Positions 1 to 13,330 of a stretch of 64,000 bases of DNA are shown piece by piece. Made by a program: the position numbers and the translations under genes. Positions within the stretch are counted from its first letter, which is position 1. Each line of letters begins with the position of its first letter. A model generated the notes under the pieces. It was not told where the DNA came from and did not search any database. It was given only the letters and a program-made list of their open reading frames with translations. The stretch is from Macrostomum lignano. Its lineage: Eukaryota. Location: the NCBI GenBank assembly GCA_002269645.1, contig NIVC01003027.1, positions 1-64,000 on the forward strand, in the 5' to 3' direction.

Positions 1-289
1 TTTGTAGCGTATCTTGATTCGTCACGTGACTTATAGCTACGTTTCCTTATGGACTGGCTGAAATAAAAGTTTGATATTTCAATAGACTGTGAATAAAAAA
101 TTAGCGATGCTTGTGTTGAAGGGTATTTTAATAAGTGACTTATACTGTTTTAAGGTTCCGGTTGTTGCGTTTCTAGAATTCTAGGGTTCTAATGGTTCTT
201 GTTCTTATGATTATTGTGGCTCTGAGCTTTTAAAGTCATGTTTTTTTTAGGGTTCTGGGGTTCTAGAGTTCATGGGTTCTTTGGTCTGG

Positions 290-640
290 GGTTCTGTGGT
301 TCGCGGTTCTGTGGTTCTGGATTCTGTGGTTCCGCGGTCTGTGATTCTGGGGTTCTGTGGTTCCGGTTCTGTGGTTCTGGGGTTCTAGGGTTCTGGGTTT
401 CTGGGGTTCTGGGGTTCTGGGTTTCTGGGTTTCTAGGGTTTCTGGTTTCTGGGGTTCTGGAGTTTGGGGTTCTGGGGTTCTGGGTTTCTGGGTTCTGGGT
501 TTCTGGTTTCTGGGTTTCTGGGTTTCTGGTTCTGGGTTCTGGGGTTCTGGGGTTCTGGGGTTCTGGGTTCTGGGGTTCTGGGGTTCTGGGTTTCTGGGTT
601 CTGGGGTTCTGGGTTCTGGGGTTCTGGGGTTCTGGGTTGT
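290..640. repeat. G-rich (GGGTTCTG/GGTTTCTG)n irregular 8-9 bp array, copy 1
   Basis: Direct reading; ORFs 238..684, 357..647 and 464..655 are its translations. Confidence 0.95.
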
Positions 641-1397
641 TCTATGATTTTCTAGCTCAAGGATTCTTAAAGTTTAAACGCTGAAAACCCTGGAGTATAT
701 TCCACCCTGCTGAAAGCAATTACAAGCAGTTCCTCCATCGGAGTAGCAGTTGCCTACTCAGCAGGAGAGGGCTGAAGTCCATGGGGATTATATCCAGAGC
801 GAGGCGTTACTTACCATTGTCAGGCACTGGTTACTGGTGCAGACGGTGGGAAACACGTGGAAATATCATTTAGGAAGCAGGTTAGCGTGAAAAAAAGATA
901 GAGAGAGGAACAGAGAAGCAGGGCACAGAAAAGATGGAGAGAAAGAGAGACTGGGAAGGAAAAAGTAGCCGCTCAGGTTTCGCTACTATCAGCTCAAGTG
1001 ACCCGCCTCTCTTGCCCTGCAGCTCCCGGTGAGTAGGGAAAATTTTTGTTTCATATTTTCTGTCCTTAAACAGAAGGCTGATTTTTGAAGATGATTGCTT
1101 TCGCAGTTCTCCCAGTGTTTGCTCTTCTCCGCGGGCAATGAAGTCATGACACAGCGAACTAATATTCAGGACTTGACTTAGCATTCTAAAGAAAACATTT
1201 TTTGGATAAATCTATAGGCAAGTCGTGTTTTACTACTCATGCCAGTTGAACAGCAGTACGAATTGAATATGCTTAGGTTACTCGTTACACTATTCTATTT
1301 ATTTCATCGTTGCGGCAATCCTAAAATTTGTTTTGCAATTAGGCTTTTCAAAATGAAGGACAAAATATTATATTTCTTTGACATATACTTGTATAGG

Positions 1398-2245
1398 GCG
1401 TCTTTAGGAAGCGGCGCCTTTAGGAAGCGGCGCCTTTAGGAAGCGGCGCCTTTAGGAAGCGGCGCCTTTAGGAAGCGGCGCCTTTAGGAAGCGGCGCCTT
1501 TAGGAAGCGGCGCCTTTAAGAAGCGGCGCCTTTAGGAAGCGGCGCCTTTAGGAAGCGGCGCCTTTAAGAAGCGCGCCTTTAGGAAGCGGCGCCTTTAGGA
1601 AGCGGCGCCTTTAAGAAGCGGCGCCTTTAGGAAGCGGCGCCTTTAAGAAGCGGCGCCTTTAGGAAGCGGCGCCTTTAGGAAGCGGCGCCTTTAGGAAGCG
1701 GCGCCTTTAGGAAGCGGCGCCTTTAGGAAGCGGCGCCTTTAGGAAGCGGCGCCTTTAGGAAGCGGCGCCTTTAAGAAGCGGCGCCTTTAGGAAGCGGCGC
1801 CTTTAGGAAGCGGCGCCTTTAAGAAGCGGCGCCTTTAGGAAGCGGCGCCTTTAGGAAGCGGCGCCTTTAAGAAGCGGCGCCTTTAGGAAGCGGCGCCTTT
1901 AGGAAGCGGCGCCTTTAAGAAGCGGCGCCTTTAGGAAGCGGCGCCTTTAGGAAGCGGCGCCTTTAGGAAGCGGCGCCTTTAGGAAGCGGCGCCTTTAGGA
2001 AGCGGCGCCTTTAGGAAGCGGCGCCTTTAGGAAGCGGCGCCTTTAGGAAGCGGCGCCTTTAGGAAGCGGCGCCTTTAGGAAGCGGCGCCTTTAGGAAGCG
2101 GCGCCTTTAGGAAGCGGCGCCTTTAGGAAGCGGCGCCTTTAGGAAGCGGCGCCTATAGGAAGCGGCGCCTTTAAGAACGCCTTTAGGAAGCGGCGCCTTT
2201 AAGAACGCCTTTAGGAAGCGGCGCCTTTAGAAAGCGGCGCCTTTG
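1398..2245. repeat. 16-bp minisatellite (TTTAGGAAGCGGCGCC)n, copy 1; followed by degenerate AAAGTGGCGCC units to ~2470
   Basis: About 50 near-perfect units read directly. Confidence 0.97.
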
Positions 2246-3214
2246 GATAGCTATCAATCTACCATTCTTTAAGAAACGGCGCCTTCAGAAAGTGGCGCCT
2301 GTGAAAAGTGGCGTCTTTGAAAATTGGCGCCTTCGAAAAGTGGCGCCTTTGAAAAGTGGCGTCTTTGGAAATTGGCGCCTTCGAAAAGTGGCGCTTTCAA
2401 GTGGCGCTTTCAAGTGGCGCTTTCAAGTGGCGCCTTTGGAAAGTGGCGCCTTCGAAAACCGGCGCATTTAGGAAGCCTGATTTCAGATGAGGACGCCACT
2501 CGAATCAGTGCAATTAAAGACTTTGTAATCCGATACAGAGACAGTTTAAGCAGCAACCCCCAGGCTCAGTGACCGAGATCGATAGAGCTTCTATACGAAG
2601 GGTTAAATTTTTTGGTCAACACTTTGTCGTTAAACTCTCTCTCTTTTTGAGTCCACTGCTTAACCTGCAATTTTACAATAGGTAATTATACACCCCACAA
2701 ACATTGGCGTCGGAAATTGCTCAATCTGACATTGCTAGCTATTTAGTTGAGAAACCGGATGGGCAGGCCTTGCTTGCGTCAGTGTCTCTGTGTGCCAATA
2801 ATCAAACAGCCCCGTAGCCTTGTCCTACTGCCGACTGATGCAATCTATTGACCGACGCAATGAGAGCCTGTTTCAAACACGGCGCCGTTTTGCTTGCGTC
2901 TGGGTTTCGCATATTCGGTCGCCCTTCTCCGGTGATCGATTGGTCGATGGTGGATGGCGGAGCTCAGCGTCCCTGCAATTACGAGCTACCTGCCTGCGAG
3001 CTCAGTTGGCGCTGATGAGGGCGCTGGGAGGCTGTGCCTGTCAAGCAAGTTGCCCAACAGAAGCTCAGGGGAGCAACCGAGTCAGGGTTTGAAGATTCCG
3101 CAATCATGATGTCCGGGTCAGCCGCGACTCTGATCCGATGGACTGATTTCAGCCAGCCTGTGAGCATCCCAGCGCATGCTGCAGTAATAAGATTGATTGC
3201 TGGCCTGCGTCCAG

Positions 3215-3250
3215 TGTGTCTGTCTGTCTGTCTGTCTGCGTGTCTATCTG

Positions 3251-3327
<77 letters not shown>

Positions 3328-3332
3328 TTATC

Positions 3333-3408
<76 letters not shown>

Positions 3409-3409
3409 C

Positions 3410-3496
<87 letters not shown>

Positions 3497-3545
3497 CATC
3501 TATCTATCTATCTATCTATCCATCTATCTATCTATCTATCTATCC

Positions 3546-3620
<75 letters not shown>
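3215..3620. repeat. (TGTC)n/(TCTA)n microsatellite
   Basis: Direct reading; gives the YLSI-repeat ORFs. Confidence 0.98.
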
Positions 3621-3621
<1 letters not shown>

Positions 3622-3940
3622 GGATTCTGTGGTTCCGCGTTCTGTGATTCTGGGGTTCTGTGGTTCCGCGGTTCTGTGGTTCTGGGTTCTAGGGTTCTGG
3701 TTTCTGGGGTTCTGGGGTTCTGGGTTTCTGGGTTTCTAGGGTTTCTGGGTTTCTGGGGTTCTGGAGTTCTGGGGTTCTGGGGTTCTGGGTTTCTGGGGTT
3801 CTGGGTTTCTGGGTTTCTGGGTTTCTGGGTTTCTGGGTTCTGGGGTTCTGGGGTTCTGGGGTTCTGGGGTTCTGGGGTTCTGGGGTTCTGGGTTTCTGGG
3901 GTTCTGGGGTTCTGGGGTTCTGGGGTTCTGGGGTTCTGGT
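3621..3940. repeat. G-rich (GGGTTCTG)n array, copy 2
   Basis: Direct reading; duplicate of 317-640. Confidence 0.95.
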
Positions 3941-4703
3941 TGTTCTATGATTTTCTAGCTCAAGGATTCTTAAAGTTTAAACGCTGAAAACCCTGGAGTA
4001 TATTCCACCCTGCTGAAAGCAATTACAAGCAGTTCCTCCATCGGAGTAGCAGTTGCCTACTCAGCAGGAGAGGGGCTGAAGTCCATGGGGATTATATCCA
4101 GAGCGAGGCGTTACTTACCATTGTCAGGCACTGGTTACTGGTGCAGACGGTGGGAAACACGTGGAAATATCATTTAGGAAGCAGGTTAGCGTGAAAAAAA
4201 GATAGAGAGAGGAACAGAGAAGCAGGGCACAGAAAAGATGGAGAGAAAGAGAGACTGGGAAGGAAAAAGTAGCCGCTCAGGTTTCGCTACTATCAGCTCA
4301 AGTGACCCGCCTCTCTTGCCCTGCAGCTCCCGGTGAGTAGGGAAAATTTTTTGTTTCATATTTTCTGTCCCTTAAACAGAAGGCTGATTTTTGAAGATGA
4401 TTGCTTTCGCAGTTCTCCCAGTGTTTGCTCTTCTCCGCGGCAATGAAGTCATGACACAGCGAACTAATATTCAGGACTTGACTTAGCATTCTAAAGAAAA
4501 CATTTTTTGGATAAATCTATAGGCAAGTCGTGTTTTACTACTCATGCCAGTTGAACAGCAGTACGAATTGAATATGCTTAGGTTACTCGTTACACTATTC
4601 TATTTATTTCATCGTTGCGGCAATCCTAAAATTTGTTTGCAATTAGGAAGCTTTTCAAAATGAAGGACAAAATATTATATTTCTTTGACATATACTTGTA
4701 TAG

Positions 4704-5490
4704 GGCGTCTTTAGGAAGCGGCGCCTTTAGGAAGCGGCGCCTTTAGGAAGCGGCGCCTTTAGGAAGCGGCGCCTTTAGGAAGCGGCGCCTTTAGGAAGCG
4801 GCGCCTTTAGGAAGCGGCGCCTTTAAGAAGCGGCGCCTTTAGGAAGCGGCGCCTTTAGGAAGCGGCGCCTTTAAGAAGCGGCGCCTTTAGGAAGCGGCGC
4901 CTTTAGGAAGCGGCGCCTTTAAGAAGCGGCGCCTTTAGGAAGCGGCGCCTTTAGGAAGCGGCGCCTTTAGGAAGCGGCGCCTTTAGGAAGCGGCGCCTTT
5001 AGGAAGCGGCGCCTTTAGGAAGCGGCGCCTTTAGGAAGCGGCGCCTTTAGGAAGCGGCGCCTTTAGGAAGCGGCGCCTTTAGGAAGCGGCGCCTTTAGGA
5101 AGCGGCGCCTTTAGGAAGCGGCGCCTTTAAGAAGCGGCGCCTTTAGGAAGCGGCGCCTTTAGGAAGCGGCGCCTTTAAGAAGCGGCGCCTTTAGGAAGCG
5201 GCGCCTTTAGGAAGCGGCGCCTTTAGGAAGCGGCGCCTTTAGGAAGCGGCGCCTTTAGGAAGCGGCGCCTTTAGGAAGCGGCGCCTTTAGGAAGCGGCGC
5301 CTTTAGGAAGCGGCGCCTTTAGGAAGCGGCGCCTTTAGGAAGCGGCGCCTTTAGGAAGCGGCGCCTTTAGGAAGCGGCGCCTTTAGGAAGCGGCGCCTAT
5401 AGGAAGCGGCGCCTTTAAGAACGCCTTTAGGAAGCGGCGCCTTTAAGAACGCCTTTAGGAAGCGGCGCCTTTAGAAAGCGGCGCCTTTGG
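4704..5490. repeat. 16-bp minisatellite (TTTAGGAAGCGGCGCC)n, copy 2
   Basis: Direct reading. Confidence 0.97.
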
Positions 5491-6458
5491 ATAGCTATCA
5501 ATCTACCATTCTTTAAGAAACGGCGCCTTCAGAAAGTGGCGCCTGTGAAAAGTGGCGTCTTTGAAAATTGGCGCCTTCGAAAAGTGGCGCCTTTGAAAAG
5601 TGGCGTCTTTGGAAATTGGCGCCTTCGAAAAGTGGCGCTTTCAAGTGGCGCTTTCAAGTGGCGCTTTCAAGTGGCGCCTTTGGAAAGTGGCGCCTTCGAA
5701 AACCGGCGCATTTAGGAAGCCTGATTTCAGATGAGGACGCCACTCGAATCAGTGCAATTAAAGACTTTGTAATCCGATACAGAGACAGTTTAAGCAGCAA
5801 CCCCCCAGGCTCAGTGACCGAGATCGATAGAGCTTCTATACGAAGGGTTAAATTTTTTGGTCAACACTTTGTCGTTAAACTCTCTCTCTTTTTGAGTCCA
5901 CTGCTTAACCTGCAATTTTACAATAGGTAATTATACACCCCACAAACATTGGCGTCGGAAATTGCTCAATCTGACATTGCTAGCTATTTAGTTGAGAAAC
6001 CGGATGGGCAGGCCTTGCTTGCGTCAGTGTCTCTGTGTGCCAATAATCAAACAGCCCCGTAGCCTTGTCCTACTGCCGACTGATGCAATCTATTGACCGA
6101 CGCAATGAGAGCCTGTTTCAAACACGGCGCCGTTTTGCTTGCGTCTGGGTTTCGCATATTCGGTCGCCCTTCTCCGGTGATCGATTGGTCGATGGTGGAT
6201 GGCGGAGCTCAGCGTCCCTGCAATTACGAGCTACCTGCCTGCGAGCTCAGTTGGCGCTGATGAGGGCGCTGGGAGGCTGTGCCTGTCAAGCAAGTTGCCC
6301 ACAGAAGCTCAGGGGAGCAACCGAGTCAGGGTTTGAAGATTCCGCAATCATGATGTCCGGGTCAGCCGCGACTCTGATCCGATGGACTGATTTCAGCCAG
6401 CCTGTGAGCATCCCAGCGCATGCTGCAGTAATAAGATTGATTGCTGGCCTGCGTCCAG

Positions 6459-7188
<730 letters not shown>

Positions 7189-7694
7189 CAAATGCGGTAC
7201 ATTTTGCACTTAGTTCAGCGCAGACACTACAGAATCTTACTTATCAGTAAGCAAGCTTCTAATTGAGACTTTATCAAGATGTCTCCCCTGTTGCAGATAA
7301 CGGCAGCTAAGCGCAGTGTCTCCCTGCAGCAATCAGGCCAGCTCAAATGATTGATTACCGAGCGCATTCGGCGGCAGGCGCGCTGAAATCATTGCGGACC
7401 GTCTTGTTGCCAGGCCGGTGTGGGGGGGGGGCGTCTTCCGCTTTTAGCGAGCAGAGCGGCGGCGATGTCGTATCAGAAAATGGACATTCTTTCTGCATCG
7501 CAGCGAGTCCTGAAATATCGCGAGCAGACAATATTTGCGTCGGGCCGGTCTTAGCTCTGGGCTGCCTTCTTAAAAAGCTTCGGCTCTAAACGATTGATTA
7601 CTAACAGGCAATGTCTGCTGTTTTTAGTTTCAAAGTGAATGAGGCTGGCGCTGGCGGTGGCGGCGCCTTGGAATTTCTGTGTGAAGTTCTCCGA

Positions 7695-7824
7695 CTGTCA
7701 CGCTGTACTGGGAGGAGACGCGCGGACCGCTTCTTAACAATGCGAATCGGGGACAAGGAGGCGCGGACCGCTACCAAATTGATGGATTGATTTGGTTTTT
7801 ACCTGCGCCTGCGCTGCCAAAGTG

Positions 7825-7855
<31 letters not shown>

Positions 7856-8177
7856 AGTGTGTGCGCCCGAACTCCTCCTTTGCCTTCCGACCGCTGCAGA
7901 GGCGGCGAGCGGTGCGGATTGAACGGCAAAGGCCTTTTTTATCGGAGCCTCAGATCAATTGGGGCTGGGTTCTTATTCTTATTAGAAAGCAGAAATTGCT
8001 AGAAGCCGACGCAGAAGCAGACTGGCCCCAAAGTGGAAGTTTCGATTCTTTCTTTAACTCTCTCTCTCTCTCTCTCTCTCACTCTCACTCACTCGGCGCT
8101 CCCTGAGACTGCCTGCCTGCCTGCCTGCCTGCCCGCCTGCATGGCCTTCCCATCCCGCTCTGGCCAGTGATGGATGA
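7695..8177. promoter_or_regulatory. Candidate Hox1/Pbx(Exd)/Meis autoregulatory element 3' of Hox1
   Basis: TGATGGATTG 7780-7789, TGATGGATGA 8168-8177, CTGTCA (TGACAG on minus) 7695-7700; TGATTGATTA at 7348-7357 nearby. Motif match only. Confidence 0.35.
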
Positions 8178-8384
8178 GCTCGCCGGGTGACTGATTGCCG
8201 CGCCGCTACGAACGTGTCACCAAGGCGCGGGGCTGGGGCCGAGCGGCAGCATGGAGGCCTAAGGAGCACTATCTGGATTGGAAAGCAACTTTTTCTTGCT
8301 GTAATAAATTAAAGCTTTCTGTTGCTTTTTTCAATTGATTTTTTGTGAAACCTATTGCGAATTTCCGGCTCCACGGATGAGGGG

Positions 8385-9410
8385 CACAGGCCCCTGGCAT
8401 GGAGGGATGGGGGGCACTGGCCCCTGGCATGGAGGGATGGGGGGCACTGGCCCCTGGCATTGAGGGATGGGGGCACTAACCCCTGGCATTGAGGGATGGG
8501 GCACTGGCCCCTAGCATTGAGGGATGGGGGGCACTGGCCCCTAGCATTGAGGGATGGGGGGCACTGGCCCCTAGCATTGAGGGATGGGGGGCACTGGCCC
8601 CTGGCATTGAGGGATGGGGCACTGGCCCCTAGCATTGAGGGATGGGGGGTACTCGCCCCTAGCATTGAGGGATGGGGGCACTGGCCCCTAGCATTGAGGG
8701 ATGGGGGCACTGGCCCCTAGCATTGAGGGATGGGGCACTGGCCCCTAGCATTGAGGGATGGGGGCACTGGCCCCTAGCATTGAGGGATGGGGGTACTGGC
8801 CCCTGCATTGAGGAATGGGGGGTACTGGCCCCTGGCATTGAGGGATGGGGGGCACTGGCCCCTGGCATTGAGGGATGGGGCACTGGCCCCTGACATTGGG
8901 GGATGGGGGGCACTGGCTCCTGGCATTTGAGAACATTCGCATTGCTAAACAGCAACAGGGGAACTAAGGGGTCAACTGCCCCCAACCTCAAATGAAAATC
9001 GGGGGGGGGGTCATGATCCCCCCATTTATAAAGAAACGAAAAAGATTAACCATTAGCCAAGCGGGACTGGGTTTTCCCTATAAATTAAGCTCCATGTGTT
9101 AAGATCGGTGGCCCCTAGCATTGAGGGATGGGGGCACTGGCCCCTGACATTGGGGGATGGGGGGCACTGGCCCCTGACATTGGGGGATGGGGCACTGGCC
9201 CCTGACATTGGGGGATGGGGGGCACTGGCCCCTGACATTGGGGGATGGGGCACTGGCCCCTGACATTGGGGGATGGGGGGCACTGGCCCCTGACATTGGG
9301 GGATGGGGCACTGGCCCCTGACATTGGGGGATGGGGGGCACTGGCCCCTGACATTGGGGGATGGGGCACTGGCCCCTGGCATTGGGGGATGGGGGGCACT
9401 GGCTCCTGGC
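8385..9410. repeat. G-rich ~30-bp minisatellite (GGCACTGGCCCCTAGCATTGAGGGATGGGG)n in two blocks, each followed by the same ~200 bp unique tail
   Basis: Direct reading; the tail at ~8915-9110 recurs at ~9400-9597 (offset 486). Confidence 0.93.
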
Positions 9411-11130
9411 ATTTGAGAACATTCGCATTGCTTAACAGCAACAGGGGAACTAAGGGGTCAACTGCCCCCAACCTCAAATGAAAATCGGGGGGGGGGGTCA
9501 TGATCCCCCATTTATAAAGAAACGAAAAAGATTAACCATTAGCCAAGCGGGACTGGGTTTTCCCTATAAATTAAGCTCCATGTGTTAAGATCGGTGGAGA
9601 GTTTAGGAAATTGGGATTTGGGTTGGCCGAGGAAAAGGAGAGAGAGAGAGAGACAGGATGGTAAGGAAAAGATTTTTTCTAAGTCGCCCACCCACTGCCC
9701 GCGCTGAACCAGTTAGAAAATTTTCGAATCCCCAGCTTCCATCTAAATAGAGGAGAGAATGGGATATTCTTCCCAGGAGCCAGCTAATCCGCGCTAATCT
9801 GTGCACCTTTTGCCGCCGCCGCTGGTGGCTCTTTTGGATATCTTTTAGAGGCAGGGGCTTGCCGAACACGCAGGGCTGAGGCTTGGGGAGGGGTTGGAAA
9901 CTGCCAAGCCGAAGCCTCATCAGTCATTCTCCCGACAACAAGGGAATGAGGGGGGGAGGTTAACCGTCAGCATCTTCTAGTGGAAGCTTCTCAAAAAAAC
10001 TTTGCCCCATGTAGCAGTTTAAGCTTCTTCAAGAGTCGCCTCTCTCTCTCCTTGGTCTGCCCGGATCAAGCCGGGGACCGCTGAGCTGGAGCAAAGTTGG
10101 ACAGGAATAAATTCCAATTTTGTTAAGAAAACAACTATTGTGAGGGCTGTCTGGAAAGTTCTGACGCTTCTGATCCCAGAGCTAAAGGGGCGAATTTCAA
10201 TTCTTTCTAATAAATTGTTTTACTCAGTCCAATTGTGCTCTCGGATCCCCCAGACCTACCGAAAATGCGCGCCTGTTTCCAGTCCAGACTCGCCTCTACA
10301 GAAGTCCAGGGAGTTGAAAGAGCCAGCCCCAAAACCTGCCCTCCTTCCCCGCGCGCCAAAATATTCCTCCGAAAAATTTAATCAATTCCAACTTTGGAAG
10401 TTCTTCGAACGTCAGAAGCCGCCGCGCGCCTAACTAATTAAAAGCCAAAAAGCGAAGTGAGCTGAGCTGAGCTGACAAACAAACAGACCTCCCCGAAACC
10501 GTCACACCGACAAAAAATTAAAGCCGCGTCTACGCTCGTAACAGGGCTGAACCTGTCAGCCGAGCTCCCGCTATTCGGCACCGGGGGGGGGGGGAGGCTC
10601 CACAACCGAGAATAAAATCTAAAGATCAATTGACGAGGGCAGCGCTGACGGATGCGGGAACTTCGAATTCGCTGGATTTAACCGAGACCCCTTCTGGCTG
10701 CGAGAGTCTGGGAATCAATTTAGCGAGTGTTTGCCTCATCGCTACAGGATTCCAGATTCCCATGGGGGGGGTTTCAGTCCTCGGAGTGTCAGCTTGGTTC
10801 AACCGAGATTTGCATGGCGATCTCTGTAAACATTTGCAGGATGTGGCGCGAGAATTATTGAACTGAAGACTTGACTTTTAGAAAACGACACAAATTGTCT
10901 TAGAAAAAAAAGCGACGCTTTTACAACTATGGGTGTCGTTTCTATAATCTTTCTTTCAAATTCATTCAAAGAACTTTCTTTCAAATTATTGTCTCCAGAT
11001 CGTAGCTTTGTTAGTTTACTCTGTATTAAAAGGCAACAAAGCAATGCAATTACTATTTTCAGGCTAAACTTTCAAACTGCCAAACAGATAAACTGCTTGT
11101 GCTTATAAAGTTATAATGTTGTTTGCATGA

Positions 11131-11136
11131 TTTATT
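11131..11136 (-). promoter_or_regulatory. Possible poly(A) signal (AATAAA) for Hox1
   Basis: TTTATT on + strand ~590 nt downstream of the Hox1 stop in an AT-rich 3'UTR-like region; hexamer only. Confidence 0.25.
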
Positions 11137-11724
11137 AGGCGGCATGATATTTATAGGCATGAAGCGATAAGGAAACGCAGACAAGCAGACATATAGAGAG
11201 TAATAAAATGAGAACCCAACTCGCATCTTTCTCATTAATCATGGTGTCTATGCAATGAGAAGGTTATCAAATAGATTAGCAGTATTGAAGAGAGGTTCAC
11301 AACAGCAAAAATTGTTTCTTGGTGAGACTCGATGGCTTGGAGATTGAAGAAAATATAACGGTCTGTGTTATGCAAGAAGAATATGCACATAGTTAATGAG
11401 CCAATATTATAAAACAAATTGTGTAGCAAATTAAATTGTACCAAAGAAAAACAAATTTTCAACGCACATTCATTTTATATGCCATCAAGGTTTTCGCCGA
11501 TAATAATAAAACAATAGCATATCTGGTAGTAATTCGAATTAAATGACAATTCACACAGTCATAGATCGCTTAATACACACTTGATATCCAGCATAGGAAA
11601 CAGTTCCTATGTGTAATCTGCCGATAATTATGTCAATATTGTAGGTTCCTTGGCAAAATGTGTCACAAATAAGCAATATGAATTTATGAACTGGACAAAT
11701 TTTTACATTCACTGAACGTCAGCC

Positions 11725-12230
11725 TCAAGTTGACGCCATCAGCTGGTGCGGCATCTGCTTCTCGTCCGAGCCGCAGTCTTTGTCCCAGTCTTTGTCGCAT
11801 ACCATCGAGCCGGACGCGACAAGGCCGCTCTTCATCAAGAAGCTGCTCTCCTTCTGTCGCTTCTTCTGTTTCATTCTACGATTCTGGAACCAGATTTTCA
11901 CCTGGGTCTCGTTGAGCGCCAGGCTGTTGGCGATCTCAATGCGCCTTGCTCTCGTCAGGTACTTGTTGAAGTGGAACTCCTTCTCCAGCTCTGTGAGCTG
12001 CTTGTTGGTGAAATTTGTCCTGCCGTTGCCGGGGGCCATGAGGCAGTGCGGCGGTACCTGCTGGGGGTCGAGGGACAGCGGGCAGACTGGCTGGCGAGAG
12101 AGCGGGTGGCAGAGCAGCTGCTGCTGCTGCAGCTCCTGTTGCTGTTGTAGGATCTGCTGTTGCTGCTGCTGTTGTTGCTGCTGTTGCTGTTGCTGTTGCT
12201 GGTGCTGCTGTTGCTGTTGCTTCTTGCAGT
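11725..12230 (-). CDS. Hox1: Hox1/labial exon 2: poly-Q linker, homeodomain, C-terminus; joins exon 1 at 23420..24362
   Basis: Homeodomain [58 protein letters not shown] is paralog-group-1 type ([24 protein letters not shown]). Acceptor TTGCTTTTCTCGTTCAACAG ends at 12231. Phase-1 join (G+AC = Asp) keeps the frame open to TGA 11727-11725. Confidence 0.96.
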
Positions 12231-12332
12231 CTGTTGAACGAGAAAAGCAACAAAAATTGTCTTACTTTTTCACCCTTTAGTATTGAAATAGATGGGTCTA
12301 AAGGAGTCTAATAGGGGTATAAGTGGTTTAAC

Positions 12333-13330
12333 AGTCGGTGAGAATAACCTGGCCTTCCCAACCGGTGAGAATAACCTGGCCTTCCCAACCGGTGAGAATA
12401 ACCTGGCCTTCCCAACCGGTGAGAATAACCTGGCCTTCCCAACCGGTGAGAATAAACTGGCCTTCCCAACCGGTGAGAATAACCTGGCCTTCCCAACCGG
12501 TGAGAATAACCTGGCCTTCCCAACCGGTGAGAATGACCTGTTATGTTCACCCAGGCCTTCCCAACCGGTGAGAATAACCGGGATTGTGTTCACTGGTGAT
12601 TAGAGGTCTTCCCAACCGGTGAGAATAACCGGGATTGTGTTCACCGGTGCTTGGAGGCCTTCCCAACCGGTGAGAATAATTTCGTTCCATTCACTGGTGA
12701 TTGGAGGCCTTTTCAACCGGTGTGAATAACCGGGATTGTGTTCATCGGTGATTAGAGGTCTTCCCAACCGGTGACAATAACCGGGATTGTGTTCACCGGT
12801 GATTAGAGGCCTTCCCAACCGGTGAGAATAACCGGGATTGTGTTCATCGGTGATTAGAGGTCTTCCCAACCGGTGAGAATAACCGGGATTGTGTTCACCG
12901 GTGCTTGGAGGCCTTCCCAACCGGTGAGAATAACCGGGATTGTGTTCACCGGTGATTAGAGGTCTTCCCAACCGGTGAGAATAACCGGGATTGTGTTCAC
13001 CGGTGATTAGAGGTCTTCCCAACCGGTGAGAATAACCGGGATTGTGTTCACCGGTGCTTGGAGGCCTTCCCAACCGGTGAGAATAATTTCGTTCCATTCA
13101 CCGGAGATTGGAGGCCTTTTCAACCGGTGAGAATAACCGGGATTGTGTTCACCAGTGCTTGGAGGCCTTCCCAACCGGTGAGAATAACCGGGATTGTGTT
13201 CACCGGTGATTGTGGGTCTTCCCAACCGGTGAGAATAACCGGGATTGTGTTCACCGGTGATTGTGGGTCTTCCCAACCGGTGAGAATAACCGGGATTGTG
13301 TTCACCGGTGATTGTGGGTCTTCCCAACCG
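12333..13330. repeat. Composite intronic minisatellite: 27-bp unit (AACCGGTGAGAATAACCTGGCCTTCCC) then 51-bp unit with the same core
   Basis: Direct reading; 9-aa and 17-aa periodicity in the ORF track. Confidence 0.95.

Noticed and set aside
2484-2505. Hammerhead-like strings CAGATGAG...CTCGAAT here (and in the duplicate copy) and CTGATGAGGC-TTCG on the minus strand near 9911-9923
   Set aside because: Core nucleotides are wrong or the GAAA element is missing; no stem I/III closure.
11746-12280. Poly-Cys/poly-Leu ORFs on +, and similar antisense ORFs over Hox1 exon 1, the RASSF-like gene, TEAD exon 2 and the RT relic
   Set aside because: Antisense shadows of GC-rich, CAG-rich coding sequence.
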